From a virus (Duplodnaviria > Caudoviricetes): a stretch of 26,202 nucleotides of DNA. Positions 22,850 to 26,202 of this stretch are shown here, piece after piece. The position numbers and the translations under genes were made by a program. The number at the start of each line of letters is the position of its first letter. Position 1 is the first letter of the stretch. The DNA lies in IMG/VR virus record IMGVR_UViG_3300037692_000261, positions 1 to 26,202 of that record, one strand, 5' to 3'. Under the pieces are notes generated by a model. The model worked only from the letters and a program-made list of their open reading frames with translations, searched no databases and was not told the DNA's origin.

Positions 22850-24727
22850 ATGAGCGTACAGATTATCAATAGCAATATAGAGGTGTACGGTGCTATCATG
22901 AAGCTCGGGGGCACCAGCTCGCAGTTTCTGAAAGCGGACGGGAGCGTCGACGATACAGCCTATGCAGCGGCTTCCAGTTTGGGGTCGCATGCGTACAAAT
23001 CGTTCTGGCAGGGGACTAAGGCCGAATATGATGCGCTCGGGGTATATTACAATAATACAGTCTATTACATTGAAGAGGAAGGGCTTGTAGAGGTTACAGA
23101 AGCAGATGTAGCAGCTTGGAACGCAGGGCTGTGGAGCAGTGATGGAAACGGCAATATATACCGGGAAACTGGCAACGTCGGGATTGGGACGACAGAAGCG
23201 AATAGTATAGGTGATTTAACGGGGCTAGCTGGATCTAATTTTCAAGTTTACAGTGGAACGTCCAATGGGAGAATGATTGTTCAAGGCTATACCAATGCTG
23301 CCTTACATCTTGCTCAACTAAGTGCTGCGACTAATGACCGACAATGGAGGTTTTTAGCAGCCAACTCCCGGCTGGACATAGGACAACCAAGCGATAATTT
23401 TTCTGTTTCAAATACAATTATTACATTGATTCCGACAGGCAACGTCGGCATACTACAAACCAATCCTGCCTACACCCTAGATGTCACCGGAAATGGTCGT
23501 TTCACAGCAACAGTAAAGGGTGCAGATGCCGTTCTGAACAATGAGTTTGTGACATTATTACAACTTACATCAGCCCTCACAGGCTATGCTACAGAAAGTT
23601 GGGTAACAAGTCAAAACTATATTACCGCAGCTGCCCTAACGGGTTACGCAACTGAAAGCTGGGTAAATTCAAATTTTGACAATTATAACAACTGGAAGTT
23701 ATATGTTGATGATGCTGTAGTATCTACTATATTAACAGGAGCACGCATTAATTTTAAAGGCGGTGACAATATCACGCTATCCTGGAATGCAGGATTTGAT
23801 AACTTGACAATAAGCGCTGCGGTCCCAAGCCTTGCCGGCTACGCAACTGAAAGCTGGGTGACGTCTAATTTCGACAAATATAATAAGTGGATTGTCGCCG
23901 TTGACGGGGTGTCAAAAAGGAACATACAGAGCGGTTTTATTGTCGATTTTTTGTCAGGAACAAACGTGACCCTCGATTGGAGCGACCTAAACGGCACGCT
24001 CACAATCAATGCATCAGGTGGCACAAGCCCTTGGACCACTGACACAAACGGCATACATTACAGCTCCGGTAATGTAGGAATAGGAAAGGATTCGAGCACA
24101 TTGTTTAGCCTCACTACGCTTAACGATATCAATAGTGATAACGGGTACTATTTAGGCGGATACGAAATCATGCTATATAATTTAGCTTCCAACTCTTTGG
24201 GCACCGCGGGGCAGGTGTTGACGATGGTTTCAGGGTCACCGGCATGGGCAACACCATCAGACGGTGGTCTGTGGACCGCAGATACTTCTGGTATCACATA
24301 TCAATCTGGTAATGTAGGCATTGGCGCAGCTTCCAGCGCCTCCAACATGCTTAACATATATAAAAATTCGATAGGTAACGCGGTAGTCATTAATAAAACA
24401 AGCAACGGCGAAGGAATAGCTTTGACCGTGTCTTCCGATATGGGTGCGGCAATCGTGGCAACTGCGAGTTCTAATACCGCCTTGGCAGCATCGACGTCAG
24501 ATTCTTCATTTTTCAGTGCTGGATTTTCAGGAGGAAGGGGAATACTTTGCGATAAACTAAGCATCGGTTCAATTGGGACTCACGAGACAATATTAGAAGC
24601 TGACGGCTCGCTACAATTAGTCACGTTAAGTGATAGTGCTGCGGGTAGCAATTCGCTATATTATAGCTCAACTCAAAGTAAGCTGGTGTATAAAGATTCT
24701 GGGGGAACAGTTCATTCATTGTATTGA
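22850..24727 (+). CDS. Tail fibre protein with internal repeats
   Basis: GGTSSQFLKADGSVD, W.GT.AEYDAL, four GNVGI repeats, three GYATESWV repeats. Confidence 0.75.
   Translation: MSVQIINSNIEVYGAIMKLGGTSSQFLKADGSVDDTAYAAASSLGSHAYKSFWQGTKAEYDALGVYYNNTVYYIEEEGLVEVTEADVAAWNAGLWSSDGNGNIYRETGNVGIGTTEANSIGDLTGLAGSNFQVYSGTSNGRMIVQGYTNAALHLAQLSAATNDRQWRFLAANSRLDIGQPSDNFSVSNTIITLIPTGNVGILQTNPAYTLDVTGNGRFTATVKGADAVLNNEFVTLLQLTSALTGYATESWVTSQNYITAAALTGYATESWVNSNFDNYNNWKLYVDDAVVSTILTGARINFKGGDNITLSWNAGFDNLTISAAVPSLAGYATESWVTSNFDKYNKWIVAVDGVSKRNIQSGFIVDFLSGTNVTLDWSDLNGTLTINASGGTSPWTTDTNGIHYSSGNVGIGKDSSTLFSLTTLNDINSDNGYYLGGYEIMLYNLASNSLGTAGQVLTMVSGSPAWATPSDGGLWTADTSGITYQSGNVGIGAASSASNMLNIYKNSIGNAVVINKTSNGEGIALTVSSDMGAAIVATASSNTALAASTSDSSFFSAGFSGGRGILCDKLSIGSIGTHETILEADGSLQLVTLSDSAAGSNSLYYSSTQSKLVYKDSGGTVHSLY
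23582..23860 (+). repeat. Three GYATESWV-encoding 24-bp direct repeats
   Basis: Copies at 23582-23605, 23642-23665 and 23837-23860. Confidence 0.85.
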
Positions 24728-24848
24728 TATGATCAAAAACCAAAACATACGGTCAAAGGCTCTTGTATCCCGGAACAAAGCGATAATGCAAGCTTATGTA
24801 GGAACGCAATTAATATTTCAAAATAATATTAAACTAAATATAGAAATA

Positions 24849-25445
24849 ATGAACAATTACATTGGAGAAATCAGGATGTTTGCATCAGGCGTAGTCCCTG
24901 CAGGCTGGCTGGCCTGTGAAGGACAAGTACTTAACATTAGCGAGTATACGGCGCTGCACTCGCTAATTAGTAATAATTACGGCGGCGATGGTACCACTAC
25001 CTTCGCTTTGCCTGACCTCAGGATGAGGATGCCAGTTGGGCATAACGGGAACTTGGCCACGTCGGGAGGAACTGCGCAAGTTTCAATAATTGAGGCTAAT
25101 ATGCCATCGCATACCCATACTGCTCAGGCAACTGCTTCAGGGGCAAGCGTAGGGGGTACTGCTACAGCAGCAATGAAGGTTAACAATACTGAGTCATCTG
25201 AAACGGCACCTTCGGGCATGTATTTAGGCACATCTTCAACTGAATTGTATACTGAAGAAGCAACAGCAAATACACTTGCAACTGATGCAATAACTGTTGA
25301 TACATCAGGTTTAACTGTTGATGTATCGGGATTGACTGTTACAGTTGACAATACGGGTAGCGGCGAGCCTCTGAACAATATGTCGCCCTACCTTGCGATT
25401 AATTTCTGTATTGCAACGACAGGCTTATATCCAGAAATAGCCTAA
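24849..25445 (+). CDS. Phage tail collar domain protein (MdpB-like)
   Basis: YIGEIRMFA...P.GWLAC.GQ.L.I....L..L....YGGDG.TTFALPDLR, N.M.PYLAINFCIA..G.YP; an upstream in-frame ATG at 24729 is also possible. Confidence 0.88.
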   Translation: MNNYIGEIRMFASGVVPAGWLACEGQVLNISEYTALHSLISNNYGGDGTTTFALPDLRMRMPVGHNGNLATSGGTAQVSIIEANMPSHTHTAQATASGASVGGTATAAMKVNNTESSETAPSGMYLGTSSTELYTEEATANTLATDAITVDTSGLTVDVSGLTVTVDNTGSGEPLNNMSPYLAINFCIATTGLYPEIA

Positions 25446-25459
25446 AAAATCAAAACATT

Positions 25460-25930
25460 ATGAAAAACATTGAAATATTGAAAATCGAAAGGGGCATTCA
25501 ATTGCTCGAAGGAAAAGGCTCATCGAAACTAAGATGGGCGGTTTACCGAACTACGAAAAAATTACAGGAGGAAATACCGGTAATTCATGACTTCATCAAT
25601 ACTTTGAAAAATGAAAAAATCAAAAATCTTCAGCAAGAGGAATCGGAAGCCGTGAAAACCTGTAGAACGGAAAAGGAACGGGAGGCAGCTCTCGAAAAAT
25701 GGGGAAAAACAGAACAGCTGCAAATAGAACTGATGAAATTCATTAAAAGCAAGGAATACAAAGATTTCCTTGCAAGCGAAAATGAAAGCTTCAAGCCTTA
25801 TCCATTCACCGTTACCGCCGACGACCTTGACGGCATCGAGTTCAACAGCGCTGTTTTCGAGTGCCTTGAACTGATTGTTGAAGGGGTAGAGGAAATTATG
25901 AGTGAAAAGGTAGCAAAAACAATCAATTAA
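25460..25930 (+). CDS. Hypothetical protein (possible fibre chaperone)
   Basis: 156-aa charged helical ORF, last phage gene. Confidence 0.65.
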   Translation: MKNIEILKIERGIQLLEGKGSSKLRWAVYRTTKKLQEEIPVIHDFINTLKNEKIKNLQQEESEAVKTCRTEKEREAALEKWGKTEQLQIELMKFIKSKEYKDFLASENESFKPYPFTVTADDLDGIEFNSAVFECLELIVEGVEEIMSEKVAKTIN

Positions 25931-25949
25931 CATTAATTGATTGTTTTTG
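25914..25949. repeat. Perfect 17-bp inverted repeat (terminator or end-region site)
   Basis: CAAAAACAATCAATTAA-ca-TTAATTGATTGTTTTTG overlapping the last stop codon. Confidence 0.75.
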
Positions 25950-25996
25950 TGCAATTTAATTTAAAAATTTTTACAATTTGATTTTTTGATTATACA
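25948..25996. other. Putative prophage right end with tandem transposase-binding sites and terminal CA
   Basis: CAATTTAATTT (25952-25962) and CAATTTGATTT (25974-25984) 22 bp apart, then TTATACA; Mu-type ends are 5'-TG...CA-3' with ~22-bp repeated MuA sites. Confidence 0.65.
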
Positions 25997-26107
25997 TGGG
26001 CCGTTGGCGGCAATTCATAACTTATTGTTATCAGCAATTCTACATCCAACTAGAAACTAATAAGCCCCACCAAATTGGCAGGGCCCATTGTTATCAGGTT
26101 TATGCTT

Positions 26108-26202
26108 TTAATCTTCTTTTTTCAACAAAATTTCATCACGTTCTTTCAGAAACTCCGAGAGACGCTCAATAGGAGAACGGGTAATAGCAACACGCCCCGA
26201 AC
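26108..26202 (-). CDS. ilvN: Host gene 3' end, probably acetolactate synthase small subunit (partial)
   Basis: Minus-strand translation SGRVAITRSPIERLSEFLKERDEILLKKED*; SGRVAI resembles the IlvN/IlvH C-terminal motif; only 30 aa visible. Confidence 0.55.
   Translation of the reverse strand, partial: SGRVAITRSPIERLSEFLKERDEILLKKED

Larger units (their letters stand above)
1..25996. mobile_element. Mu-like transposable prophage (siphovirus-type, Bacteroidota), right portion; left end and transposase outside window
   Basis: Mu-type head genes (DUF935-like portal, MuF, gp36-like, G-like morphogenesis, protease with nested scaffold); tail tube and TMP without a sheath gene; terminal CA at 25995-25996 preceded by repeats spaced 22 bp, then a host-like gene. 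Confidence 0.88.

Noticed and set aside
24630-24728. Extended starts given by the ORF track (24630; also 14902, 13228, 10212, 10110)
   Set aside because: They overlap upstream genes or promoter boxes; downstream ATGs fit gene coupling and domain starts better.
21698-25930. Diversity-generating retroelement or Gin-type invertible fibre segment
   Set aside because: No reverse transcriptase, no adenine-specific TR/VR pair, no invertase or inverted fibre copy seen in the window.

Overview
The window is the right-hand ~26 kb of a Mu-like (transposable) siphoviral prophage, probably from a Bacteroidota host (TAnnTTTG promoter boxes, AT-rich ribosome-binding regions, gene families). The prophage ends at ...TTATACA (25996) and is followed by host DNA carrying the 3' end of a probable ilvN. 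A divergent promoter (~10130-10215) drives two arms. The leftward arm is small terminase, large terminase, a hypothetical gene, gp36-like, a portal-MuF-nuclease fusion, virion morphogenesis protein and tail completion protein. The rightward arm is protease/scaffold, capsid, lysis remnants, tail tube, frameshifted chaperones, tape measure and tail tip/fibres. The most unusual feature is at 1-2705: an integron-like cassette array with three 123-125 bp attC-like palindromic sites (AAC...GTT). The ends of each complete cassette are mutually complementary. The cassettes carry an endolysin, a DNA methyltransferase, a phage hypothetical gene and an inverted membrane-protein gene. Two cassette genes start inside the recombination site itself, no integrase is in the window, and the phage's own lysozyme gene is truncated. 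A second candidate system is an unannotated, promoter- and terminator-bounded structured RNA (~4690-4794) convergent with the nuclease end of the portal-MuF gene. All calls come from reading the sequence and motifs by eye; no database searches were run.
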